Positions 25,046 to 38,029 of a stretch of 64,000 bases of DNA are shown here, in pieces. The DNA comes from Psammoneis japonica. Its lineage: Eukaryota. Made by a program: the position numbers and the translations under genes. The stretch spans positions 1 through 64,000 of the forward strand of contig QPGO01000284.1 of NCBI GenBank assembly GCA_008632985.1, written 5' to 3'. The notes beneath the pieces were generated by a model. That model saw only the letters and a program-made list of their open reading frames with translations, was not told the origin of the DNA and made no database searches. Position 1 is the stretch's first letter, and each line of letters begins with the position of its first letter.

Positions 25046-28000
25046 CACACAGTTGACATTTCCTTTTTTGGTCCACATTTTTTCGCCAACCATGTTTTTG
25101 CATCAAAAACAGGGTTTGAGCGAAAGAAAGAAAAGGGCATCAGCCGCAGTTGATCGCTTTCAACAACATGGTCACAAGGCGATTGCATGGGCAGACTGGG
25201 GCTACATTCGAAAGACAACTCAAGATGCAACACATCTCCAAAACTTCAAAATGACATCATTTGAGTGCAGAATGCACCGGGCCATGAGCGTGGTCCAACG
25301 GGACCAGGGCTGGACACATTTGGCATCACAGAATGAGTTGTCTTAGACGCAAATGTCCGCTTGAAAAATTAAAATGTGGCTGACCTGCGCCGTGCAACAT
25401 GGAGCACAGTTGCGCACAAATCTAATTTGGGAACAAGGGATCGGGAGAAAACTAACTTCAGAATGCATCAGGTTGTGAGCATGGTCAAATGGGGCCAGAG
25501 CTGGACCCACATGGGCAGACTTTGTTCAGTTGATGAGAAGGGTCAAATGGGGCCAGAGATGGGCCCATTTTGAATCACGAAAATGGGGAGGAAAGAAGCG
25601 CCATTGTCGACTGGACAGTTGAACAGCTGGTTTGGGAATTTGCAACTTCTTCGCCCCACACTTCACGAATGAGATCCTGGTTGGCTGTTCTGTCGGGTTC
25701 GCTGCCATCAACCAACTCTTGTGCCACGGCTCGCATGCCATTGAACACGCATGTCCTTCAAACACATGATGGCGTCGACGTTGGTTGGACCCTGGGCAGC
25801 CAAAACCAGTGTCTCTTTCTGGCTGTCACAGGCAGGCATTTGGGCAGGTTCTGCATCAGAAAAACCATGGCAGATGTTCACAACAGGGGCTTGTGACAGA
25901 CCCAACGAATCTAAACCAGTTCTTGCATGCCCAAAAAGAGAGTCGGGGTGGGCTGTGTTTGACAAAATTTTTACCCAAGTCCTTTGGAGCTGTGGTGTCA
26001 TCCCTTCTGAGTGACAGTGTGCAAGAGGAGCTGCCTTTGCGTTTGCAGCCTTTTTCCCTTTGAGCAACTTCACAGTGTTTTTCCAGAAATTTTCCGCTTT
26101 TTTGGATGTGTCGAAAAAATCGGCAAGTTTCACACCTCCTGCCAAGGGTGTGGACATTTCATCATTGCAGGCACGAGTCAAATCAAGCCGGGAGGAGCAA
26201 CCAGGCTCGGAGTGCATGTGTCAACGAGAGATCTGACCAAACACCTCGCAAACAAAATTTGGCCAATGTTCAGAGGGAGGTCGAGATGGGGCCGTTCCTT
26301 TCCAAGCATGCACAGCCAAAAGTTGTCTTTTCCAAGACCAGATTCCTCCAACAGGGTTTTGTTGGAAACAGCGTGGGCACGATCGTTGGCAACAGTTGGC
26401 GGGGTCCCTTGTTCTGGGATGTTGACAGCCCTGAACTCCCCCAGGTGTCGAGTCAAACAAGAAGTCACCGTGCTCCAAACAATTGGGAGCAATTGGCAAG
26501 GACGTCGCGCTGGTTGGTGGGGAACTGCAAGAGAGACACGTGTCGAGTTGGTGATTTGAGTGTGACCGACCCCCTCTTTGCTGGCCTTTTGACTGTTCTA
26601 CAATGCCACTCCTTGTCGCACATTGAAACAACGATGGAGCAGAGCATTTGAATCATGTCTCGAGTTCGTTCATTGCTCATTTCACTCAGTTCATCGTTGT
26701 CGGGTGTGTCGAAAACAGACACAGAGAAGTTGTTGTCTGTTTCTTTTCCTTCACTGTGACAATGCAAAACACGCTTGATGCAAGCCAGGGGCTCTACACA
26801 TTGTAGAGGACAAGTCATCTCACCCGAAAATGAGGCGGCTTTGATTCTCGAATGTGGCTGGGAAGAGGTGGTGATCAAGCTCCTGCTCAATGTGGGGGCA
26901 TTGGCGCTTTTCAAAGGCAACAGTGATGGGCGAACTCCACAGCCTGGCCCGGTCAATTGTTTCACTTGATCATTGATCTTCACATGCGACGCAACCGGGA
27001 CATCATGACATCCAACACCCCTTGTGCCCATGGCTTTGTCGAGGATGCGTGGTTTGAAAAATCGTGGGTTTGTCAGCATGACGGCAAGCTCCGCTTTGGC
27101 ACAACAAGCAGTTCTAACACTTGGTGACAACTGAGTTACGTCGAGACGTTTGTTTGGCGGGTTGTTCTTGTGAAGGTCAACAAGCTTTTTCAAAGCTGGA
27201 AAACAGCAATCCTTTGACTCCCTGCAGTGACGCAACAGATCTTGTTTCTCCACATGTCTCATGCAAGTCATTAGAAAGGGGGAATTGCACGCAGGCCACT
27301 GAGGTCTGGTTGCAGGTCGGCTCAGCTGTCTGCCTTGCTTGATGAAAGATTGTTCAATCATGAGTTCCATCAGGGGCCCAGTCACGTGAAAACACCCTTC
27401 AAATCTTGCGGTGTTTCTGTTGAAGGCTTCGAGCTGTTCAACGATGCAACTGACATGACCCTCCATTTCTTTTGTCAGCTGTGACAATTTGGCAGTGGCT
27501 TCTTGCAAATGATGGTCTCCACCCTCGCCCAGCAGAAGGTTTTCGACAACAGCGGGCAAACTGTTGATTTGTGATGCCCAACTCTGTCGAACATCTGACC
27601 TTGCACAATGCCGGGTCATCGGCATGCAATGCTGAGCACCGGCCAAGAGGAATTCCTCAAGTGGGTTTTTTACAGTGACGATGAGACCCGTTTCTGCAGA
27701 TCGTTTGACGCAAACAAGCACATGCCCGGTGGACACATTTCCAACGAGGTTGCATGTGGCCATTTGCTGGAACTCAGTTCCAGACTTGCCTGTGCATTCG
27801 GCATCTTCAATGATGGAAAGTCCGTCCATGGGAGGAGGATGGCGCACCTCGTCATCTTCCGTGTTGACGTTTTCGGGCTCGACATCAAGAATCCCGTCCA
27901 GTTGCATCTGGCTGAGGAAGGCTGTTCGACGCTGAGCCAATGTTTGTGCACTTGCCCTTTGATTTCTGCATTCTGGAAGAAAAAATGGATGCAAACACAT

Positions 28001-28152
28001 GGCTGGTCAACAAACGAGTGCCACATGGGACTGTTGACAGCCCCATTTGGGACATGGTCATGAGCACAAACAATGGGCCACAAATGCAGCAGGTTGTCAC
28101 TGGTTGTGAGCACTGTCGATTTGAGACCAGAGTTGGTCCCATTTGGGAATGT

Positions 28153-28577
28153 GCAGTGTGCATGCAGACAAAAGGTCATTTTTGTCACGCCTTTTGTGAC
28201 ATTTAAAGGCTGCAACACGTCGCCGTGATGCATTGACTCTTGTTGGCAGCTGTGTGTTGCACTCCTCCCCATGTGTCACGTGTCCACACGGCTCTTTACC
28301 AACGTGCACTGACACTGCACGGTTTTGGTGGAACAGTGTGGGCACGCACGAAGGAACATGCAGAACTGCACAGAGTTTTGCGCATTCGACAGTGATCAAT
28401 GTTGCTGCAGACAACTCCCACTCAGGGTTTCGAACCCCTGGCCTCCTGCCCAATGGTTGCGATGAACCACTCCGCTGTGAATTCACAACGCAGTGTGCAT
28501 GCAGACAAAAGGTCATTTTTGTCATGCCCTTTGTGACATTTAAAGGCTGCAACACGTCGCCGTGATGCATCAACTCT
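28153..28577. repeat. ~88-bp direct repeat pair (28153-28240, 28490-28577)
   Basis: gcagtgtgcatgcagacaaaaggtcatttttgtca.gcc.tt.gtgacatttaaaggctgcaacacgtcgccgtgatgcat..actct occurs twice. Confidence 0.85.
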
Positions 28578-29259
28578 CATCAGTGGCTGCACATTGCAAA
28601 TGCTTAAACCGGTTGGGAAAAGGACATCACTCACCACTCATTTTGCAATTCATCAAACTGTCAACACATCTGGCTGCACTGTCCATGTCGAGCACCAAAG
28701 ATCCATCATCGGATGGAGCCACGTTCAGCCCAAAGTCAACGAACAGACATGTGTCATCGGCCAGAGGGAGCTGCTCCATGTCGATGATTTCTCCCAAACC
28801 ACCTGACAAATCTGTCAAGTGATTTTTGCACTTCTGGACAAAAAGGGATCTTAAAGTTTGATCTGTGTTCACCCGCACAAGTGTTTTTTACACCAATGGC
28901 TTGTGCGGCAAACATTGTGTTTGCACAAAGCTCCTGTGCAACATTTGCAAGCTTCTGTGGAGAGAGACATTTCTCTTCGTTGAGCCCGGTCATCCTGGGA
29001 CCCCTGATGATGTCCTCAGCGGTGAAGCCAGGATCACCATTTGCAATGGCATCAAGAACTTCAACGAAACCATCAATGAACATACAGGCACAGTTGCCCC
29101 GGATTTTGTTGGTCACATTTTCTTGTTTTGGACGTTTGTGCTCTCCTCGTAAATCGTCTTGAGCCTCAAACACCGCAACGCTCTGCAGCTGGAGCAACAG
29201 TGCATTCTGCCATTCTTTTTGCTCATCAGCGAACTTCTCCTCATTTTTGTCCTGTCCAT

Positions 29260-29485
29260 CTTTTTCTTCTTTGCTTTCTTCATCACTGTCATCATCGCTG
29301 TCATTGCTGCCCTTGCCATTTTCGTCATGGTCATCCTCGCTGTCATTGCCGCCCTTGCCATTTTCGTTGCTGACATTGCCGCCTTTGCCATTTTCGTTGA
29401 TGTCATCATCATTGTCATTGCCGCCCTTGCCATTTTCGTCGGTGTCATCATCACTGTCATTGCCGCCCTTGCCATTGTTGTCACT
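29260..29485 (-). repeat. Coding minisatellite (~39 bp; ENGKGGNDxDDD) inside the minus-strand ORF
   Basis: About five tgtcattgccgcccttgccattttcgt-type units. Confidence 0.8.
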
Positions 29486-31103
29486 GTCTTTGTCGGATTG
29501 ATCATTGTCAGGCACTCCTTGGTTTGATTCCGGCGACCACACCTTCTTGAAACTTGTCAACTGTGAGTGCATTGTCCTGACAATGTCAAAACACACATTG
29601 ATCACCGCAATCATCTCGTCGGCAAAGTGTGCGTCATCTGGGATGCAGCTGCAACCGACAAAGTGAAAGCAAACAAACATCTCAACACCAGCCTTGCATG
29701 TTTTGATGGCTGCAATTTGAAGGCTTGGCACCCTTTCAAGAAGAACCTGATTGGATGCCACACCGCAAACCCGAATGGGAAGATCAAATTCATCTCTGCA
29801 AATGGCAAAACGAGTCGATTTGGAGTTGTGCGCACGACCCGCAATTGAGCTGAAGTGGATTTCTGCTTTGCCATTGACGGCAAGCAGCCCCGCCATTTCA
29901 GAGAGGTCTGGTGAAATCGAGTGAAAGGAGTCAGCACCAAAGTGTAAATCAACATCCATGCCCGGTTTGAGAACAGCCAAATCCAAGTCATCGGCAACAA
30001 TTTGGAAATCTTCAGCTTCCACCTCCAATGGTTGCTGAATTTCCTGCAGATCATCTCCATTGGTTTCAAGGTTTCCAACAATGGTGAGGACGTTTTGGCA
30101 AATTGCAAGTTTCCTTGCTGAGGTGCGCTCCATGAAAAGGTTCTGCATTTGATCCGTCACCTCCTGAACGTGTCCACAGTGACAAAACGCGCTCATCGCT
30201 TGTGAAAGGGCAGTGTCAAGTTCTGCATTGCGGCTCATTGTGCCACCTGCATCAAGAGATGGGGAAACAGGCTTTAGTGCATGTGTTTTGTTGAAAAGGC
30301 TTTCAGTCGAATCAACAATTTTACAGTTGAACCAAAAATTTTTTTATGGCATCACAAACAGAGAACAAATCTGTGGCACGGGGTGGGCGTCTGGGCAATT
30401 TGAGACCAATGGTGGACCCATTTGGACCGGAACAAAAAAAAATGAGGCCGCGCAACCGTTTTTGACTGCTGCAGTCAAAATTAGCGAGTTGGGGTGTGAT
30501 TTGCCGTTGGCCATTTTGAGACCAACAGCGGGCCCATTTCGACCATGCACACATTGAAAAACACATGGTCCCTTTTGCACAAAGGACAAAACAAGAAGAC
30601 CGAGGCGCTGGAGACACGGTCATTTTGAGACCAAAGGTGGACCCATTTCGACCACTGTTTTGAGGTGTGGATTTCTTGGCAAACAAGAAGCCCATGATGT
30701 CAGACTCTGAGTGCCATGAAATTTTTGTGCAGCATTCAGGTGCTGAGTTGAACAGGAACGAGCATGTCCCACTCAAACGGCAATGATTGAACATCGTTGA
30801 AAACAACTGGTGTGGCTGGCTAAAAAATCGGGCGGCAATTTGCAAAGCGAAATTTTAAGACTCGGAGTGCCATGGAAATTTTTGTGCAACAATCAGTTTT
30901 TGGGTTCAACATCAAAAAACGTGTCAAACTCAAATGGTGACATTTGATGACAACGGAAACAATTGGTGTGCCCAGCTTCACAAATTGGGCAGCAATTTGC
31001 AAAGATGCAATTTGGAGAGTGGTGAAATTTTAATGCATCATGCATTGACCAGGTTGAACAGAAACAAGCATGTTGCACTCAACGGTCACAACAAATGAAC
31101 ACA

Positions 31104-31493
31104 GACGCGTTCCAGCCCTAGGTGGGACTCCGTGTGACATTGGGCCCGTAGAATTCTACGTGCGAGCTCCGTAGTACGAGAATTTAATTAATGGATACAT
31201 TTGTCTTCAACATCAAATAAACGCCCAAGTTTGTGGCACAATTATGCCTCTTACCACTCGACGTTTTTGCAACTTCGCCTGCCCTACGCGATTCTTAAGA
31301 CATTATAGAATCGCGCTGTAACAAAAAATGTCAAAAGTTGTTGGACGGATCGCTCAATAAGTGCACCGTAAAATGACACAAAATGTCGAAAAAATCACGT
31401 AGAAATCTACGTGCGCGACATACGACGAGACTCAAAAAACTATCGATGTCACAGTTCAGTAGTACGAGGTCCCACCTAGACCTGGAACGCGTC
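31104..31493 (+). mobile_element. MITE family copy, young/TA-intact, 390 bp, TSD CACA
   Basis: caca|gacgcgttccagccctaggtgggac...gtcccacctagacctggaacgcgtc|caca. About 25 TA retained. Confidence 0.96.
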
Positions 31494-32662
31494 CACAATT
31501 GAAACATTTGGTGTGGCTGGCTGGACCAATTGGGTGCCAATGTGTAAGAATGAATTGTGACAGTGGCGAAAATTTAATGCATCACACATTGACAAAGTTC
31601 AACGGAAAACAGGCCTTGCACTCAAAATGGGATGCATGGAGAATTGCTCGCATGCATCACTTGACATCAAAGCAAGTGCGATTTTTGGCGGGAAGATCAA
31701 GTCTTACGAAAGAGGTCCCAGGAAAAATTGCACTCGGGTCCTCACCACGGAGAACCAACACAGAAAACAACAACAACAACAAAGACAGCAGCAACAAAAC
31801 AAACGAACGAAATGAACACCCGGGGGCCACACTCCGAAGTGGCAGGTGCAGTCTTCACCGTGAGCAGCACTTGCCGGCACCTTCCGGAGGATGAGGAGAA
31901 GGTCAGTGACGGAGAGCAGTGGATTTGTGGGAGGTCGGTCCCTGCACTGAGAGATGATCAGAGCATTGTGAGGAGTGTGCTCGGATGCGATTGCAAAGAG
32001 GGCGTTCAGATGCGCTTCAAGAAGGAATGGCTGGAGGCCGTCGCTCACGAATGGCGAGTTTCATTCTGCATTTGTTTAACTCCAGAATCCGCATTCCTGC
32101 TGGGCAAAAGAAATGTTGTGTTTTGGAAAATGACATTTGACAATTCCACATTCCTGATTCCACTCTGAGTTTGAAGTCAAAATGAGTCCAAGGCTGGTCC
32201 CAAAATGACAATTCCACACACCTGTTCCCACCATCAGTTTGAAGTCGAAATGGGTTCAACGTTGGTCCCATGTGGACACATGATTTTCCATTCGTTTGCC
32301 AAATCTGGATTTCAACAGAGAATTTCGGAGCACACGTTGTCAAATGGGACCAATGGCAGCTCCATTTTGGCCTTCTAATTGTGACACAGATCATTTTCAT
32401 TCGGTTGTTTGACTGTTTTGCCTGTCAACATGGGTCCAAGAGTGGACCCATTTGACCATGTCGGGTTGCTGGACTGACGTTTTTGTTTCAACATCTTGTG
32501 TTTCCACTTTAGTCAGTTGGATTTGACTTGCGACAGCAATGCACCGGATCATTGCAAGAATTGCCTCGAAGTCTTCATTGGGAAAAAACCAAAGTACGGC
32601 AATTTGGTTGGAACTGTGATGTTGCGTGAGATGGCCAGTCCAGGCTCCGTTTCTCGCATTTG

Positions 32663-33830
32663 TGAGCAACAGGTGGAAGAGGACAACCAAAACATGGATG
32701 TGGATTGGCAGAGTGGTGCAGATTCGAATGTTGGATCCCTTCCAAGCGGGAGTGACAGCGACAGCAGTTGCTCCCTCCTGAATCGAATCAACCAAATGCC
32801 ACATTCCGCTGCAAGGAAAAGACGGATGAGAAGGGATTTAGTCTCCTCATCCTCTGAATCATCCTCTGAATCGGAGATTGATGCATCAGATGATGACGAC
32901 CCTTCAAGTGCTGTGGCTGCTGCCAAGGTTTCAGCCAAGATGAAAACCCCGTCAAAAGTGTCTGAACAACAAAACAAGAATGTGAGGGAAAGAATTGTTC
33001 GAGCAACTCCGGATCGTGAGACAAAAACGGATGCAAGGAAATGCAGGGCAGTGGCGCAGGCCAAAAAGGAGGAAAGAAAGGAACAGGCAAGGAGGAAGAG
33101 AATTGAGGCAGACAAGAAGGGGGGGGAAGGCGGCGGCGAGAGCAAAGGCAATGGAGGCAAAGAGAAAGGAAAAGGAAAAAATGAAGAACGCCAGCAAGCC
33201 AAAGAAAGACATGCCGCCGACAGGAAGAGTGACGGTGCAACAACCCCCACCCATCCCAACGAATTCGGCAAAGAAAAAAAGACGTGCAACTGCCCGCGGA
33301 ACAAAAAACAACAAAAATGAAGTTTGGGCAGTTGGGCACATGCATCGACCACAAAAATGTGTGCGGGGAGCATCGCAGTCTCAAAATGGCTGCATTGCTT
33401 TGAATCCCGCAACATTCATTGTCCACTTTTTGTTTTTGGGTTTGTGGCGATTTTAGCATTCAGTCACTTTTTTTGGGTGTTGCTTTTAGTCACGCTGTCA
33501 GTCACAACATGTGAAAACGATGCTTGACTGATTCGATGTGTGCGACGACATGTCCTGAGTTCGACTGTGGATGAGAAATGGATGCGGGTGCGCACCCATT
33601 TGGCATGGTCTGTCCATTGACAGGAGCAAAATTGCATCGATCGCTTTGGCAAATGCATGTCCTGAGGTCGGCTGTTGGTGAAAAATAGATGCGGGTGCAC
33701 ATCCATTTGGCATGGTCTGTCCTTCAACTGTGGCCACTTGGCATCGATCAGGTGGGGTCTGTCATTCAACCGGAAGCGTTTCATGCCACCTCATGACCCA
33801 AACCCAAACCCTCCCATCCCAAATGCACCA
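32663..33830 (+). repeat. Dispersed repeat R1 copy 3 (3' part only)
   Basis: Colinear with 23896-25045, from tgagcaacaggtggaagaggac to cccaaatgcacca. Confidence 0.88.
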
Positions 33831-35014
33831 TGTGCAATGCCATCAACGGACCTTGGGAAAGAGGAGGGGCTGCGAAAATGCCAAGGGGCTGCGGTCACGC
33901 CGTCGGGCCGTGGTGTCACCCTCGGGATGCCGGTCAAAAGTTGAAATGGCAGTGAGAGATGGAAATGGGTGCGCCTGCCATGAGGGCACATTTGCTTTTT
34001 GTGTCAACAGAAGGCAAGTTTGGGGATGCTCTTGCTGGTGATTGCTGGTCTGGCTGAATGGCACGACAGAAGCGCAGCGTTGATTTCCCAACTGTGGATG
34101 CATCTGGTGCTCACACAAATGTCTGCCTCCACATCCTTTGCAGTCTTGATGTTGGCAGGCACGGCGAGTCCTTCCACCCCTTTTCTCTTTGTCAGGGCCA
34201 TGCAAGACTGCAGCGGAGCCAATGAAAAGCACTGTCAAAGTTGACATTTCCATGAATGTGTGACAAATTCATCAAAACAAAACTTGTTTTTCAACAATGA
34301 AACACATGTCGAAAGTCTTTGGCAAATTTAAATCAAAACAAAAAGATGACAATTGTGCACATGAAAAGGAAACAACAAATTCAACTTGACGGCTCTGCGG
34401 GAAATCGACGATTTTGCCAACCTGCCTCGCGCGCCAAGCGCGAGCTTGTCTGCTGCTGCAGCCAGAAACCTGGTCATCCAACCAAGGTTTCTGGAGGTCG
34501 GCTCTGAGTGTGTTTCCTGACATGGCTTAAGATTGAGAGTCACTGCTCCCACTGCAGTCACATCCAATGCCACACCACCATGGACTTCCACAGCATGTCC
34601 GCCACACGTCTGTCGGCCATCAGTGCTCTGGAATCCTTCCTTCACCCCCTCGCAGTGCGCTGCGCACGCGAGACAGAAAAATGGAAAGACACTGCAATGA
34701 GGAAAAAATGTGTGACAAACTTTACTTGTCATTTAATGAAACACATGCAATGTCATCTTCATGGAATCATGTGTCATTTCAGTTGCACCTGCACACGAAA
34801 TAAAAAGATGTTTCGCGCCTTGTCGAGAACCGCAACTGCAATGCTGCCACGATGTGACCCCTTCTCTTCTACAGCATGGCAGGACCCCGGGCTTGACGCC
34901 TTCAATTGTTGGTGCAGCACACTTTGGATGGCACTCTACCAGCAGTTTTGGCACAGTCTAGAGCAGTGTGCATAAAACCAGTTTTGAGAAAATGATGCCA
35001 CTGGAGAATGATGG

Positions 35015-36010
35015 TCACAAATCATCATAATCTACATCAAAAAGTGGCTCACCATTTTGAATGGAAAGCTGTGTTGCCACTGCAACTGCCCTAAAAACAT
35101 CAGCATGCTTGGAGAGGGGACGGTGTCTGAACTTCGTGCTCAGCACCCCCCAACTCTTGAACCGTTCATTGCAGGTCTCCTGTCTGGCACGAGCACGCCT
35201 CTGCATTTCTTCATTTTCTTTTCGGTTGACAAAGAACTGGGGCACTTTACATGCATGGGTGCCTCACCCAAGTGCCCATCATCAGCTTCCACGCGTTCAC
35301 CCTCATCAAGTTCCGTCTTCAATGCCGATCGAAAAATTTGTAAGTCGTTGTACACACCGGGCTCAAAGGGCCCATTAATCCACACAATTTCACCAGTTTT
35401 AATGCATGTTGCAACTTCGTAGCGAAGTCCACACTCGTTGAACTTCTGCGAGCAGAACTTCCTGCCGTGATTCGGAGTGCAAAAGTCTGTCCCGTCAACT
35501 GTTGCCAAACAATCGTTCCCGGTGTCGCCAATGCGGCGATTCTCCCAAACAATCTGGACAGAGCAAACAGCAAAAAAATCAATGCAGGTGAGAATCGATT
35601 TTAATTGCATGGAAACATTGCTTCACTCGGGTGCTCACCACATGCGGCTCGAGTGACGATGTCGCCTCCACAATCGCCCACTTCCACTCTCGAAAAGTTT
35701 TTTCGTCCACCCCCCCAGCCAAGGAGGCAAGTTCAGTTTCCTTGCCATCAGTTTTCACAAAAAGAAGTGCCCACATCATGTGGACAACATTGCCGCCTTG
35801 CGGCAGGACGTCGTGCAGGACGAGTGGGTTCCACAGCGTGAGAGCCACGATTGGGCTGCAACCAAAAAATTCACGAAAACGCCTGTCCTCGGTCATTGTG
35901 GCGCCGAACTTCTTCTCGCGTCTATTCATCATTGAGCGTCCCAAATTGATGATGTCCTCAACTCCGACGGCAAGCCAGCGCATCCTCTTTCTTGGCGGCA
36001 GAGAAGCCAT
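35015..36010 (-). pseudogene. Harbinger/PIF DDE transposase with one intron (35638-35554) and a frameshift near 35240
   Basis: Exon 1: RRFREFFGCSP...HMMWALLF...VDEKTFREWKW...LEPHV. Intron gtgagcac...tgtccag. Exon 2: IVWENR...ATVDGTDF...QKFNECGLRYEVATCIKTGEIVWINGPF...VEADDGH...RARARQETCNERFKSWGVL. Confidence 0.9.
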
Positions 36011-36716
36011 GGTGGAAAGTGGCGAGCCGGAACAAAATGAAACCAGCGTTGAGTGATGGAAACAAGGTTGGGCCGTGGATTGTCTGCTGCTGTTGAAGTG
36101 CACGCATCGGCACAGTGCACGACGTAATCTGACGGTCACGATTTGTTCGTGTTTCAACCGTTGTTCTCTGTTCTTGCATAGAAAGCACACATTTTTATGT
36201 GAGGAGAGCTCGCACGTTTTTCAACCAAAGATTTCAGAAGGTGTGACACAGCTTTTGTCAACAAAAAGTCTTTGTCACAGTCATTTTTCTGCACATCCGG
36301 GTTTTTCTTTCTATCCTGCAGGATTCTCAATGCAGTTTCTACACAAATTTTTGCAACCCGGATGTGCAGAAAAAAACTGTGGCCAAAGCTGCACATCCGG
36401 GTGCTTGTGTGTTGTAGCTGCTGGCAGTGCTCCTGTGCAGTTTCCGGGTTTCACCCAAATCCAAAGCTGCACATCCGGGTGTTTTGTCAAAAATCTGTGA
36501 TGCAATCACAATGCCCCTGTCATCATGTGACCGAAAACGTGTGAAAAAAATGTCGTTTTCACGAGCTCTTCGTAGAGACACACTGGGAAAACCTGGGTCG
36601 CGCCATTTTTCCGTTGGGTTTCGTGTCTCGCCCGTTTGGCGACCGTCTTGCAGAAAAACCAGTGCTGCGCTCCAAACCATCATAATCACAACAGCAACCA
36701 GTCCACGACGAACGCC

Positions 36717-38029
36717 ATGAGCAATGAAGGGACGAAGGCCCGTTGGACGAAAGATCACGACATGAAGCTTGCAAAACTTTTCAAAGAACGCAAGCTTGAT
36801 CCGAATCTTCTTGACTTGCAAAGCGTCAAGAAAGCATGCGAGAAGTGCTTCAGCGACATTCCGAAGTGTCAGACTTTCGCGCAACAATACCGCAAGAAGT
36901 GTCGGCAGTGGGAAACCGACGAACTCATTCGAGCCAGGCGGAAAGGCAAGAAGCACATTTGTTTCCACTGTTCCATTGTTTTGTTCGTCTTACACTCACA
37001 CCATCGTCTTTCTGCTTTGACTTGCACTTGCACGACTCAGGTGCCAAGCGAAGCGCCGAGAACGTCGTGGAAGACACACAAGACGAGGAGTCGAGCAAGG
37101 ACGAGGAGCACGAAACCTCAGAAGACGAAGAGGAATGCTCTGGCGACGAGGAGGTAGCCACCAGCATGCCGGGCAAGACCAAGAGGACCCCCAAGACGAC
37201 GCGAGACGTGAACCGCGACCTTGCGTCAAAGTTCAAGTCGTCTGCTGCCATTTCATCATCTGGCAAGACCAAGTCGAGGAACAAGAAGAAGGCGGACTCG
37301 CTTGTGAAGAAGGGCAAGATCACCCATGAGTGTGGATGCTTTTTCTTAGCGTCTCCGTGGGCAGCATCCGACAAGCGCATGCACACTGCCGTGGATGTCC
37401 TTGTGCCGCCCTTCGCCACGTCACACTGGAACCCAAAGGTTTCTGATTGTGGCACGAGGGTCATGCTCAACGAGCGCATCCCTCCTTGGATTTTTAAGTG
37501 GGATCGCGTGCGTGCTTCTATTCTCACTTCTAGGCTGTCTTCGCAAGACCAAGTTCTGAAGGAAAGCGGAGTCGAGCAAGCCGGGCAAGAGCTGCTCAAG
37601 AGCTGCGGCGTTGAAGAGACCTTGGGTGACGGCAAACGCCGCATGGTTCACTGCCGCCCCCATGTCATTCACCTCCCATTCCCCTGCGAGACCGATTTTT
37701 ATTCCACAAGCAGCAAGGCCGGTTGGAAGCTTGAAGCATTCGCACATGACAACGAAGAGCTCATGGAGCAAGCACAAGGGTGCATGCTCCTTTCGATGGA
37801 GCTCGTGGCGGTGGAGAAGCCTTTAGACGAGGGCAAGGCAGTTGAGAAAATCAAATTTCTTGGTCAGTCTCCTCTAGATGCCGCAATTGCCAAGCAGGAA
37901 GCGAGGAAGTGTCGCCAAACTAGATTCGAACACTCGGCGGTGGCGGCGGAGGGAGTCAACTCGCATGACGACATGGTTTCGGATTCTGAGGAATGCGGCA
38001 ATCTCAAAGATGACAATGAGCATTTGTGA
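36717..38029 (+). pseudogene. Probable second (DNA-binding) gene of the Harbinger element, divergent from the transposase; intron 36946-37040
   Basis: MSNEGTKARWTKDHDMKLAKLF...QQYRKKCRQW (SANT/Myb-like start). Removing gcaaga...cacgactcag joins the 36636 and 36836 frames exactly (K-G|AKRS). Harbingers normally carry two genes. Confidence 0.65.

Larger units (their letters stand above)
25700..30238 (-). pseudogene. Large degenerate ORF(s) of unknown family, probably transposon-borne
   Basis: Protein-like minus-strand ORFs 28754-30238, 28627-28878, 26465-28000 and 25708-26217 with globular composition and an ENGKGGND repeat. No recognisable domain. Confidence 0.4.

Noticed and set aside
29320..29480. 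Similarity of gcccttgccatttt in the coding minisatellite to the satellite unit gcccttggccatttt
   Set aside because: Short, low-complexity match with different periodicity (39 vs 17/20 bp); probably coincidental.
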